Shown: positions 30,601-39,859 of the stretch, one piece after another
Position numbering within the stretch: the stretch's first letter is position 1
Layout: each line of letters opens with the position of its first letter
Virus record (IMG/VR): IMGVR_UViG_3300012920_000052
Span: 1 to 54,140 of that record
Reading direction: 5' to 3' (one strand)
Source of the DNA: a virus
Lineage: Duplodnaviria; Caudoviricetes
Length of the DNA: 54,140 nucleotides
Translations under genes and position numbers: made by a program
Notes under the pieces: generated by a model
Told to the model about the DNA's origin: nothing
The model's database searches: none
Seen by the model: the letters and a program-made list of their open reading frames with translations, nothing else

Positions 30601-31269
30601 TTATTCTTTAGCATGCATTACAAATAATTTCTTAGCAAGTTCTTCTGGTAAATCTCTTTTTAATAATCTCATTGCTTTTACATTCTTCATGTCGTCATCT
30701 ATAAAAACTATTTCGTCATACTTTTGTAATAATTTTTCTACGACTTCAGCCTTTTTTTCGTAGTCTGTTTGAGACTCAAGTGTCTTAACTCTTTCAGTAT
30801 CGTTAATAGCGTAAACGTTTTCCCTAGATAATCTATCTCCTATAGGTACTAAATTACCTTTACTATCTTTATACATTAAAAATTCTTTTAATCCGTCAAA
30901 TACGATATCCTCATTAGACCTTGCGGTTAATATTGCAATTTGGTGACCTAACTTTAAATAATCATCCATAACTGATAGGTTAGCTACAATAGGTTCTGCT
31001 TGTTCTATAGATTGTTGTGTCTTTACGGGGTCCATAAAATCCCTATAATCATAATATTCTTTAGTTTCGGGTGTGACGTGTTCTAAACCATATTCATACG
31101 GTGTTAAAGCTACTTCCTGTCCGTCTGTAGGCAAATTTCTATATATGTATACTCCAGTAGGTTTAAGTAGTGTATCATCCACGTCTAAAAGTATTAGACG
31201 ATTAGTTTTAGCTAATTCATTTAAAGGTTGTTCAGTGTACTCCCTAAGAATTCTTCTAATATAGTTCAT
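30601..31269 (-). CDS. HAD-superfamily phosphatase
   Basis: Motif I LDVDDTL, motif II ILTARS, motif III K (EKKA), motif IV FIDDD. Confidence 0.8.
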   Translation of the reverse strand: MNYIRRILREYTEQPLNELAKTNRLILLDVDDTLLKPTGVYIYRNLPTDGQEVALTPYEYGLEHVTPETKEYYDYRDFMDPVKTQQSIEQAEPIVANLSVMDDYLKLGHQIAILTARSNEDIVFDGLKEFLMYKDSKGNLVPIGDRLSRENVYAINDTERVKTLESQTDYEKKAEVVEKLLQKYDEIVFIDDDMKNVKAMRLLKRDLPEELAKKLFVMHAKE

Positions 31270-31365
31270 TTATGTAAAATTTTTCAACTAATTTTTATTG
31301 TATATACTATAAATATAGTAAAGAAGTATAATCCAATATTCTTAATCATAAATATATTTATAGGT

Positions 31366-32019
31366 ATGTTACTTAAAGAAATTAGTAAAATTAAAAAGTT
31401 AATGCTTATAGAGTCTAGGGTTGTGGGGTTTGATAACCCACAAGGTAATTTTGTAATTATCGCTGGAGGACCAGGTGCTGGTAAAAGTTTTGTGACTCAA
31501 AATTTTATAGACTTACCAAACTACAAACAATTTAATGTAGACAATTATAGAGTAGCATTAGCTAAAAAAATATGGGGTGACCAGTGGAAAGAAAATATAT
31601 CTACCGATGAGGGTTATCAAAAAATTCTAGATATGTCCTACACAACTTCTGACCCGAGAAATTTAACTATTAGGTTTTTAAAAAACTTTTTGGATACTGA
31701 AAGAAATGAGATGCCTAATATAGTTTATGACGCTGGAGGAGGACAAAGAGAGGTCATGAATGAGGTAATTAACTTAGCTAAAGAAAATGGTTATATCGTA
31801 ACTATAGTTCATGTCGTTACCGACTTAGACAAAGCTTTAGAAAGAAATTTACAAAGAGACCGTAGTTTACCTACTGATATGGTTATAGATTATCATGACA
31901 AAGTTAGAAGGGTGGTTAAAGATTTAATACCTATGGTAGACAATTATTGGATTGTAGATAACACCAAAGACTTACCTTTCGGTGAAAGAGCTACTGGTAG
32001 TATTCACAGAATTAAATAA
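31366..32019 (+). CDS. P-loop kinase (zeta-toxin / AAA_33 / PNK-like)
   Basis: Walker A GGPGAGKS, 'NVD', 'IVYDAG', 'ALERNLQRDR' lid; likely start ATG 31366, since the ORF-track extension overlaps the divergent gene. Confidence 0.8.
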   Translation: MLLKEISKIKKLMLIESRVVGFDNPQGNFVIIAGGPGAGKSFVTQNFIDLPNYKQFNVDNYRVALAKKIWGDQWKENISTDEGYQKILDMSYTTSDPRNLTIRFLKNFLDTERNEMPNIVYDAGGGQREVMNEVINLAKENGYIVTIVHVVTDLDKALERNLQRDRSLPTDMVIDYHDKVRRVVKDLIPMVDNYWIVDNTKDLPFGERATGSIHRIK

Positions 32020-32452
32020 CAACTTTATTTATTTTTAATTCTATTTCTGGAAAAAAGTCCATTGTGTTTTTAACATCATTTATATGTTTATCTTTATCTT
32101 CCCAATACTCTATAGAATCTACACTATTAGTTAGTATTAAATCTTTTACTCGTTTACCTTTAGACCTATCACCATCAACACCAATAATCATCTTGTAGTC
32201 ATCAAACACCAAACCGTGTTCTTCTAATAAAGTTTTTAGTTGTAAGTAAACACCATCAATTCTATTTGTAAGTAAGATAACTTTTGTGTTTTTTTCTTTT
32301 TTACATTCTTTAAACTTTTTTATGGTTTCAAGTATTGGTTCGAATTTCCATTTGTAGATGGAAAGACTTGCTGGTTTATTCATATAGTCGGGGTCTTCAT
32401 CATAAGGGGTTTTGAATAATGTATTATCAAAATCAAAAAGGGCTAATTTCAT
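32012..32452 (-). CDS. HAD-superfamily phosphatase (Swiss-Army-Knife RNA-repair HAD-like)
   Basis: LFDFDNTLFKTP, LLTNR, K, YWEDK. Confidence 0.75.
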   Translation of the reverse strand: MKLALFDFDNTLFKTPYDEDPDYMNKPASLSIYKWKFEPILETIKKFKECKKEKNTKVILLTNRIDGVYLQLKTLLEEHGLVFDDYKMIIGVDGDRSKGKRVKDLILTNSVDSIEYWEDKDKHINDVKNTMDFFPEIELKINKVVI

Positions 32453-32475
32453 TTATTGTGTTTTAAAGTTCGATA

Positions 32476-32506
32476 CAAATATAATAAAAAATATTTAGTA
32501 AACAAA
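32476..32506 (-). promoter_or_regulatory. Bacteroidota primary-sigma promoter TTTG-N19-TATATTTG
   Basis: Exact match to the -33 TTTG / -7 TAnnTTTG consensus, 23 nt upstream of ATG 32452. Confidence 0.8.
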
Positions 32507-32526
32507 TAAAAAAAGTTTAAATTTAA

Positions 32527-32558
32527 TTTGGTAGTTTCATATAAAGCTCTTATATTTG
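32527..32558 (+). promoter_or_regulatory. Bacteroidota primary-sigma promoter TTTG-N20-TATATTTG
   Basis: Exact consensus match, 27 nt upstream of ATG 32586; divergent from the previous promoter. Confidence 0.8.
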
Positions 32559-32585
32559 TGTATAACAAAACCAAAAAAGAAAAAC

Positions 32586-33368
32586 ATGAACATAGAAAAA
32601 ACAGAAAGTTTATTTAATAACGACAAAGAATACTTAACAATTGTAGAAGGAATTACACAAGATGATGTGATAGTAAAAACTTCACATTCAGAAAAAAATG
32701 TGGATAGAGCAGTTGACGCTAAATATTCTTTTGACCGTTCACTTTGGATGAGTGTTTATGTTGTTCTTAAACCAGAAATTGTAGAAACACTTAAATCTAT
32801 CAACCCACAATTATTAAAAGCTGTTAAACTTTCTCAAATCATTAGAGAAAAGGAAGAATGTTATAACATGCACGAAACACATAGAGTAGAATTTAAATTT
32901 ACTGGAATTCGTACAAGAAAAAAGAAAATTGAAAAGTATGATGGTATCTATGACACTTTTATTAATGACATTCCTAGAATAACTGAAATTTTTACAAATA
33001 GGTTGTTGGATACAATTAACGATTACCTTAAAGGTCAAGTTTCTAATATAAACGAAAGATATGTCAATAACCATGTTGAGTTATATGTGTCTGACAAATA
33101 TGAGGAAGCTTGGGAAGAAGACTTTAACAATAACGAAGAATTAGTTAAAATAAAAAAACAAAAAGAAGAGTTGGCAAAACAAATTGCTGAACTAAACTCT
33201 AAAATGTCTTCATTAAACAGTCAAATCACAAATATTAAATGTGATATAACTAAAAAAGATTTAAGTGGTACAGAGTTACCTTTAGAAGTTGTTGAAAAAA
33301 TCAATAAAAAATATGACAATGACGAAGCTTGGAAAATTTACAACAAAAGACGTTTTAGTTTTTCGTAA
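32586..33368 (+). CDS. Hypothetical protein with C-terminal coiled coil (probable early gene)
   Basis: Has its own host-type promoter and terminator; start ATG 32586 (MNIEK) because the ORF-track start lies inside the -7 box. Confidence 0.75.
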   Translation: MNIEKTESLFNNDKEYLTIVEGITQDDVIVKTSHSEKNVDRAVDAKYSFDRSLWMSVYVVLKPEIVETLKSINPQLLKAVKLSQIIREKEECYNMHETHRVEFKFTGIRTRKKKIEKYDGIYDTFINDIPRITEIFTNRLLDTINDYLKGQVSNINERYVNNHVELYVSDKYEEAWEEDFNNNEELVKIKKQKEELAKQIAELNSKMSSLNSQITNIKCDITKKDLSGTELPLEVVEKINKKYDNDEAWKIYNKRRFSFS

Positions 33369-33369
33369 T

Positions 33370-33398
33370 AAAAAAGGGTCCATTAAGGACCCTTTTTT
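33370..33398. terminator. Bidirectional Rho-independent terminator
   Basis: A6-GGGTCC-ATTAA-GGACCC-T6 between convergent genes. Confidence 0.9.
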
Positions 33399-33417
33399 AA
33401 TATAGATGTATTTTATA

Positions 33418-34404
33418 TTATTTTCTTAAACGTCTATTTAATTCACGTTTAGCTTCACTTAAAAGTCTAGCTTTTTGTCTTTTAGACATTTTTTTAGATT
33501 CGTTTACAAATCCATTACCTTCATGATAAAAGTGTGTTCCTGGTTCTCTACGATATTTGTCGTCATGCCCCACACCTCTTTTATCGTCATATTTCATATC
33601 TTTAATTAAAGCGTTGATGTGGTGTTCTAAACTAGACTTGTGTCCACCATGAGAATGGTCTTTTTCACGTTCTAAATGGTGTAATCTACCCATATCATCT
33701 CCAATCATCGAGTCATAACGGTAAGCTTCTTCACCTTCAGAATCTTCATAAACTTCACCTCTACGGGATTTACCAGTTAAATCATTATCATATGCACCTA
33801 TAACACTATGTTTATAGTGATGACCATCAAATGATTCGTCATCTGCACCGTCACCAGCGTTAAACATACCTTTTTCATAAGACATTCTACTATCTAACTC
33901 ATCTAACTCTGTACCCCCTTTTTTATTTATAATAGCTTTTTGAAGTGAATCTGGTAAATTATTTTTTTGTTTACCCTTTAAAGCCGGATTATTATCAAAC
34001 TTTTTGGTTTTTTCTTCTTCTAATGTGTACTCTTTACCATCCACAGTAAATTTATCACCTGGTTTCTTACCTTCTTCTTTAGCTTTTTTAACTTCATATG
34101 CGAATGCATTACCCTCATCCATATCTTTTTCTTCTTCATCTAAGTCCATAGGATTGTTGAAATTTTCTGGGTTAAAGTTAGCGTCACCATGATAATCTCC
34201 ATCACCGAATTCTTCAGCTAATTCTGCATCTATCTCATTATAAAACGCAGCTGACTCTTCTTCCAGTACAAAGTTTTCCATAAGTCTTGTAAATTGTGAC
34301 TCACTAAGTGAAATATTTTGTGGTTTATTTCCAAAAGTCTTTTTTGAGGAGGATTTTTGACCTAAACTTTTACCTAATTTTCCTTTTTTATAACTTAACT
34401 TCAT
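33418..34404 (-). CDS. Charged low-complexity protein, probable internal head/core protein
   Basis: D/E/K/H-rich with many (L/V)-x-E sites (LSES, LMEN, VLEE, VNES, LSEA); directly downstream of the sheath gene. Confidence 0.55.
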   Translation of the reverse strand: MKLSYKKGKLGKSLGQKSSSKKTFGNKPQNISLSESQFTRLMENFVLEEESAAFYNEIDAELAEEFGDGDYHGDANFNPENFNNPMDLDEEEKDMDEGNAFAYEVKKAKEEGKKPGDKFTVDGKEYTLEEEKTKKFDNNPALKGKQKNNLPDSLQKAIINKKGGTELDELDSRMSYEKGMFNAGDGADDESFDGHHYKHSVIGAYDNDLTGKSRRGEVYEDSEGEEAYRYDSMIGDDMGRLHHLEREKDHSHGGHKSSLEHHINALIKDMKYDDKRGVGHDDKYRREPGTHFYHEGNGFVNESKKMSKRQKARLLSEAKRELNRRLRK

Positions 34405-34429
34405 TTTTTAAAATTTTATATTTCTATTA

Positions 34430-37400
34430 TTATACATTTTCAAATGATGCTCCAGTAGGTGTAATTAAGAATTCAATATCGATAAATTCTAGAGACCTAG
34501 TTGGTTTTATGTAAATCTTACCTTCTAATGTGTTCTGGTCAATCAATTGTGGGTCGTCAGAAAGAACAACTCTAAAGTCTGTTAAACCTCTTTCTCTTCT
34601 AATAGAGTCTAGGATTGGGTTAACTAAGTCTAAGAATTCGTTTCTTACTTGTTCGTCATTTTGTTCGAATAACAATTTAACTGCGACTGCCGAAATTAAT
34701 TTTCTAGCCTGTAATAACAATCTTCTAACGTTGATTCTATCTAAAGCAGATTGTCTACTTTGTAAAGTCTTGTTACCCCAAATAATAGTACCTACATCTG
34801 AGTAAGTTGCGATTGGGTTAATTCTACCAGCGTATAACGTATCTCTTTCATCAAGAGTAAGTTTCTTTCTAGCTTTAACCGCGTTTACAATACCTCTAGT
34901 GTAACCAGCGGATGCGAACCAAGGGAATGAGATGTTATCTGTTAAAGCGATGTTTCTCATTACATCATAAGTAGGTGGTAACCATACTCTTGTATTGTTT
35001 TCTTGGTCATTGTACTGTACCCATGGATAGTAAGTTGCGGTATAGTTAGAATCTATTCCTGTAAGGTCTAAGTTATCTACTGCTTCTGTAGGTTGGATTA
35101 TGTTTGCTGCTATGGTAGCACCTGGTGCAAATAAGTTGTAATCAGGTGTTGTTGTAACATACAATGAATCCGCTCTTTCAGTTTCTATCATATCAATAGT
35201 TTCCTCTACCAGATTACTATTATCTACATAGTTAATACCTGGTGTAGCAAATACATTCACGTTAACAGCTTCAGGGTTTCTAAATGTTCTTATACCAAAT
35301 AAGTAAGCGTAGTAGTCAGTTGTTGCAAAGAACCCAGATTCACCCCAAGGAGTAGAACCAAGTAATTTAAACGAACCGTCCCCATCAGCGTTTGGATATG
35401 CAGTTGTAGAACAAGCCCCATTTAGGAATCCAGATTTACCTCTAATATATGAGTCTCCATTACTTCTAGATTTTCTGTAGATATCCCAACCATCAAAACC
35501 ACCATAAGGTGCGATTGTGAACTTTCTAGACTGTAAAGTATAGTATGGGTCTTGAGGACTAGTAGGTTCTGTTCTAAACGATGTTGCTCCTACCGCGAAT
35601 TGATTTTCACTTGTAGTTCCAGTACCACAATTTTTACATTGGGTGGTTACACAAAGTTCTCCTAAAGTGTTAGTACATGTAGCTCCTGAATCCATGTGGA
35701 ACCCTTGAGTTAAACAATTCCAATCATCACCATCTGGGTCATCACACTTTTTAATTGGTGCTTGTTTTCCTTTATATTGGAAGAAGTCATCATCATAAGC
35801 GGATGCCGCTGTGTCTGAAATACCTAAGTAAACTCTTCTTATTTTATCACCAACACTAATTGTTTCATTATCTACACCTGCACTTATTGCGAAAGGAGGG
35901 TTCCAAATAACCTCCCCTGGAGTGTTATAATGTGTTTTATAATATAATGTTGGGCTTTGTTGTCCTTGATATTCTCTAGTTATATAACCTTCAAACCCAC
36001 AAGGTACTGCGTCATGTCTGTTAACGTCTGACTCTTGTTCTGGGTCGATATCTACCATTATATATCTACTCTTAAGTTCATACTCACCATTTGCTGTTCC
36101 AACTTTAACACCAACGAAAGAATTTTCGTTAGGATTCATACTACATCTTGTAAATCTTTCTAAGACTACAGGTGAAGCATCTGTATCATAATAGTTTCTA
36201 ACTAGGATGTCAAACTCATTTCTTTCAAAAGAAATATTAACAATCGAAATCTTAATTGATGTGTTTGCAGCGTTTCCGTCAGCGATTGAAACGAATCTAA
36301 ATAATTTATAAACTTTAGTACCTCTTAATTCAGAAACTAAGAAAGGTGTTACTGGTGTTTGCCATTGTTCTTGGTAGAAACCAATAGTTCCAGTATTTGT
36401 AGCTGCTCTAAAAGAAGGTAAATCTAATAGAGTACAATTTAATCCTTTTATGTATCCTTTTTTGTAAGCGTATGATAACATATTTGGGTAAGCTTCCTCA
36501 ACGAAAACAGGTACCGTAGACATGTCTTTATCAAAAGGAGCCGTACCGAACACACGTTTTAAGTAATCTTTAGAAGTTGGTGACATAGAAGTTTCAAATC
36601 TAAAAGTAGAACCTTCTTTATTTGTAACATCTAACCCAAAAGTAGCGAATGGGTTTGTGTTAACATCTCCAAAAGTAGAACCCGTACAAACCATTTGTAC
36701 ATCAGTTAAACCTGTCACTTCATAAACAGGACCACCTGAAGTTTGTGTACTTATACCTCTAGAACGTAAAGTCGCTACAATTAAATCATCATAATTACAG
36801 AAGGTTGAACCCGTAAAGTAAGTTACACTAAATCTACTAACACCCGAATAAGATGTGGTTGCTGCCGATGTACTAATATCTACAATGTCAGTTGGGCTAA
36901 TCCCAACACTTAAAGAGAAACCAGTATATGAATCTGTATTAGGTATAATATTAAAGAAACTATATAACCAAGGGTCATTAATGTCATCACAGAAATTTGG
37001 GCTACAACTACCACCTAATACAGAAGTGGATGTTGCTGCACTCATTTCGTTTTGGTAAGTTGTTACGAAAGCACTACCGTCCCATTCTGGGAAAGCTCCG
37101 TTAACCAAAGTGTTACCTTCTGCTTCATCCCCATCATAAGGACAACCAAAAACACTTTCTGTTGGTGTCCCTGTTAAACTTAAATAACATGGTGTAGCTG
37201 CTGTAGCACAAGTATACGGGTGATAGAAACTAGACGCTGCTGTATTTAACAACGAGTTAATTTCTGTCTCCACAGTAGTTGTACTACCGTCTGTTTTTGT
37301 TATAGTATTATTAAGAACACTTTGAATTGGGTTTGGTAATAATACTGTTGGTGAAGTACTTAATGTACTGTCGCCATAGGATGTTCCTGCTGAGAAAAAG

Positions 37401-37882
37401 ACCTCTACGGTTCCACTTTCTACATTAGCGGTTGACCCAGTTGAAGAGTAGACAGTGTTGATATTACAAGTACTTCCACTCCAGGTAACATTTGAAGAAA
37501 CGTCTAAACATTGTGTTCTTATTGTTTCACAGTCAACATTACCTACTGTGCTTATAGACCAAGATGGTCCCGCGTCATATCCAGAATAACCTAATACTCT
37601 TGTTACGAAGAGTTGATTAGATTGTTGTAGATACGCTTTCGCGATATATGATAATTCGTACTTAGGTATTTGAGTCTCTGTAAATTTTTCAGGACTTAAA
37701 CTACCAAAGTAGGTTTGGAACTCTCCATAAGAGCTAATAAAGATTGGTTCAAAAGCTGGACCCTGTAAGGTCTCTCCAGCCAAACCTAAAGTTGTAACCC
37801 CAACACTCTGAGCTACAAAACTTAAATCTTTTTCCGAAGTATACACTCCTGGTGATACAAAAACTTTTCCGTCTGATGCCAT
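34430..37882 (-). CDS. Tail sheath protein with large Cys/Thr-rich insertions
   Basis: N-terminal FVSPGVYTSEKD; C-terminal PWFASAGYTRG, RINPI, IWGNKTL, LDRINVRRLL, IKPTRSLEFI. Confidence 0.95.
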   Translation of the reverse strand: MASDGKVFVSPGVYTSEKDLSFVAQSVGVTTLGLAGETLQGPAFEPIFISSYGEFQTYFGSLSPEKFTETQIPKYELSYIAKAYLQQSNQLFVTRVLGYSGYDAGPSWSISTVGNVDCETIRTQCLDVSSNVTWSGSTCNINTVYSSTGSTANVESGTVEVFFSAGTSYGDSTLSTSPTVLLPNPIQSVLNNTITKTDGSTTTVETEINSLLNTAASSFYHPYTCATAATPCYLSLTGTPTESVFGCPYDGDEAEGNTLVNGAFPEWDGSAFVTTYQNEMSAATSTSVLGGSCSPNFCDDINDPWLYSFFNIIPNTDSYTGFSLSVGISPTDIVDISTSAATTSYSGVSRFSVTYFTGSTFCNYDDLIVATLRSRGISTQTSGGPVYEVTGLTDVQMVCTGSTFGDVNTNPFATFGLDVTNKEGSTFRFETSMSPTSKDYLKRVFGTAPFDKDMSTVPVFVEEAYPNMLSYAYKKGYIKGLNCTLLDLPSFRAATNTGTIGFYQEQWQTPVTPFLVSELRGTKVYKLFRFVSIADGNAANTSIKISIVNISFERNEFDILVRNYYDTDASPVVLERFTRCSMNPNENSFVGVKVGTANGEYELKSRYIMVDIDPEQESDVNRHDAVPCGFEGYITREYQGQQSPTLYYKTHYNTPGEVIWNPPFAISAGVDNETISVGDKIRRVYLGISDTAASAYDDDFFQYKGKQAPIKKCDDPDGDDWNCLTQGFHMDSGATCTNTLGELCVTTQCKNCGTGTTSENQFAVGATSFRTEPTSPQDPYYTLQSRKFTIAPYGGFDGWDIYRKSRSNGDSYIRGKSGFLNGACSTTAYPNADGDGSFKLLGSTPWGESGFFATTDYYAYLFGIRTFRNPEAVNVNVFATPGINYVDNSNLVEETIDMIETERADSLYVTTTPDYNLFAPGATIAANIIQPTEAVDNLDLTGIDSNYTATYYPWVQYNDQENNTRVWLPPTYDVMRNIALTDNISFPWFASAGYTRGIVNAVKARKKLTLDERDTLYAGRINPIATYSDVGTIIWGNKTLQSRQSALDRINVRRLLLQARKLISAVAVKLLFEQNDEQVRNEFLDLVNPILDSIRRERGLTDFRVVLSDDPQLIDQNTLEGKIYIKPTRSLEFIDIEFLITPTGASFENV

Positions 37883-37980
37883 TTTAAATATTTTTTTCTT
37901 TAATCAGTTATTTTATTCTATTAATAAATATTAAGTTTAAACCCAAAAGATAGGTACTATTTCGAGTATGGTTAGGTTGT

Positions 37981-38009
37981 GTATGAAAAAAATCATACTT
38001 TTTTCATAC
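37981..38009. promoter_or_regulatory. 11-bp perfect inverted repeat, candidate operator
   Basis: GTATGAAAAAA-ATCATAC-TTTTTTCATAC immediately upstream of the RHH gene. Confidence 0.55.
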
Positions 38010-38011
38010 TT

Positions 38012-38179
38012 ATGGGTATGGAAGACGTTAGAAAGATAAAAAACATTAAAATAGATACCAGGGTTCACAAACTATTAAAGGACTATTGTCAGAAAAACGG
38101 ATTAAAAATGTTTCAATTTGTGGAAAAACTAATTAAAGAAAAGTGTTCCCCCAAAAAAGACATTTACGGAGACCTTTAA
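38012..38179 (+). CDS. Small ribbon-helix-helix (CopG-like) DNA-binding protein
   Basis: Alternating strand KNIKID followed by two helices (VHKLLKDYCQKNG, MFQFVEKLIKE); start at 38012 or 38018. Confidence 0.65.
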   Translation: MGMEDVRKIKNIKIDTRVHKLLKDYCQKNGLKMFQFVEKLIKEKCSPKKDIYGDL

Positions 38180-39276
38180 ATAAATTTTGTTTCTAAAGTT
38201 ATTGTTTGTGGTTGAGACACATCTATTGGGGTTAGAGTAAATATTAAACTTTGGCCTTTAGATATATAGTAAGTTGTAAATTCGTCACTAACCAAATCGG
38301 AGACCCCGTCAATTTCAATACTTACTTCGTAGTTATTGTTATTAGTAGTGTCAATAACTTCAATATTAGCGTCAAATTCAAAAGGTACAGTAAGAGTACC
38401 TAACCCAGCATCTACAGTAAATGTTTCTCTAAAAATACTTTCTGGATTTTCTTTTGTTGGCGCCATAGGTTTTTTACGTGCCTTAGTGTCGACTTCAAAC
38501 ATGAGTAATTTCCTAGTCACCGCTGGTGTTACTTCGAATTCTTCTTCATCTATGAGAAAACCTTGTAATTGTAATTGATAATTTTGTGTATAAAATTTTC
38601 TTTTTTCATTATCACTAATTTGACTTTCATCACTTAAAGAATTTAAAATTATAGGGATATAGTGGCCTTTTACAAAAGTATAAGCTTGTCTAGAAGTAAA
38701 AGTCTGCATCATTATTTTATTAAACCTATTTAACTCTCTCATTCTATTACAGACTATTTTTAAATCATATGTGATATCGACAGGGACAGGTTGTGGTATT
38801 TTATATATGTCCATACCTTTTCTTTGGCCATCCCAAGTGGGTACTTTCGCGTAGTGAAAAGTTCTTCTATCTGGAATGGTATATGTTAAAGCGGGATTAC
38901 TACCATACTGTACCGCTGGGTCTCTAACAGCGACTAAAAAAGGAATTTCTGGATTTAAATCTTTATCACTAAAAGACCATGTCTCTGTAAACTCACCCCA
39001 CCTTTGTATTGTTAATATTTGTTCTACAAAGGATATGGGTTTTCCATTGATAGAAAAAACTAATCTGTCCTTAACAAAATCTAATAAACCTAAGTCTAAA
39101 TCAGCATGTAAAACACTTTTAGGTAAAAATGTGCCGTCTTCACTTATAAACTCAGCTAACTGTTTTCTACGTTTAGGAACTGAAATTCCATCATAACCAG
39201 ATGGGTAGTGAGGTTGGTTCCTTACCGCAGGATACATATTTAGTGTTTTTTTAATTTTTTTATTTATTTTTCCCAT
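38176..39276 (-). CDS. Tail terminator / sheath stabiliser (T4 gp15-like)
   Basis: 'IPQPVPVDITYDL' and 'RKFYTQNYQLQLQGFL'; coupled to the neck gene; start MGKINK at 39276. Confidence 0.6.
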   Translation of the reverse strand: MGKINKKIKKTLNMYPAVRNQPHYPSGYDGISVPKRRKQLAEFISEDGTFLPKSVLHADLDLGLLDFVKDRLVFSINGKPISFVEQILTIQRWGEFTETWSFSDKDLNPEIPFLVAVRDPAVQYGSNPALTYTIPDRRTFHYAKVPTWDGQRKGMDIYKIPQPVPVDITYDLKIVCNRMRELNRFNKIMMQTFTSRQAYTFVKGHYIPIILNSLSDESQISDNEKRKFYTQNYQLQLQGFLIDEEEFEVTPAVTRKLLMFEVDTKARKKPMAPTKENPESIFRETFTVDAGLGTLTVPFEFDANIEVIDTTNNNNYEVSIEIDGVSDLVSDEFTTYYISKGQSLIFTLTPIDVSQPQTITLETKFI

Positions 39277-39277
39277 A

Positions 39278-39793
39278 TTAAATTCCGTTAAATTCGTTTT
39301 CACTAACTGGTGTACATGTTATTGTCCTATAAAATGACTTGTACCCCAGTATGGTATGTGCATTATCTCCCGCTACCCTACCATCATTGGCTACTGTAAA
39401 GTATCTAGTAAAATCTTCAGTCTCTGGGTAACCTATATAATCACCATATTTTATATCTATTCCCAACTGTTCCAGTTCTTTTTTATAAACACTAATGGTT
39501 AAATTACCACTTTCTAAATAACGCATCAAACCGTTGGCGTAACTATCGTTAGTTGGTCCTGATATATTAACTAAAGCTTTGAATTCTACAGGTGGGAAAA
39601 ACCTAATCTCTTCTGGTGCTGCTTCAGAATACACATTATCTACTTTGGATTTACTCCTATCTACACTATATAAAACAAGTGTAAAATTTAAATTACCATG
39701 AAGATATTCCATCCCCATAGATTCCTGTAAACGAAAATCTTCATCAGCAAAAAACTTATTTACTCTAGTTATCGGTACTCTTTTTTTAGACAT
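39278..39793 (-). CDS. Neck / head-closure protein (T4 gp14-like)
   Basis: 'VDNVYSEA', 'DIKYGDYI'; size and context fit. Confidence 0.55.
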   Translation of the reverse strand: MSKKRVPITRVNKFFADEDFRLQESMGMEYLHGNLNFTLVLYSVDRSKSKVDNVYSEAAPEEIRFFPPVEFKALVNISGPTNDSYANGLMRYLESGNLTISVYKKELEQLGIDIKYGDYIGYPETEDFTRYFTVANDGRVAGDNAHTILGYKSFYRTITCTPVSENEFNGI

Positions 39794-39859
39794 AGTTAAT
39801 CTTTGTTATTTATAAATATCTAGTTTTGCTTTATATTTAGGTACCATAATTATGTTATT

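Noticed and set aside
31228-31365. Hydrophobic N-terminal extension (apparent transmembrane segment) on the kinase in the ORF track
   Set aside because: It is translated AT-rich intergenic promoter sequence; ATG 31366 is the more plausible start.
31366-32019. Zeta toxin-antitoxin system
   Set aside because: No co-oriented antitoxin gene, and the kinase subfamily cannot be fixed from motifs alone.
29966-37882. Bacterial contractile injection system (eCIS/T6SS) or prophage in a chromosome
   Set aside because: Neck proteins, PolB, gp32-like SSB and phage-type replication genes are interleaved, with no integrase or housekeeping context, which fits a lytic phage genome.
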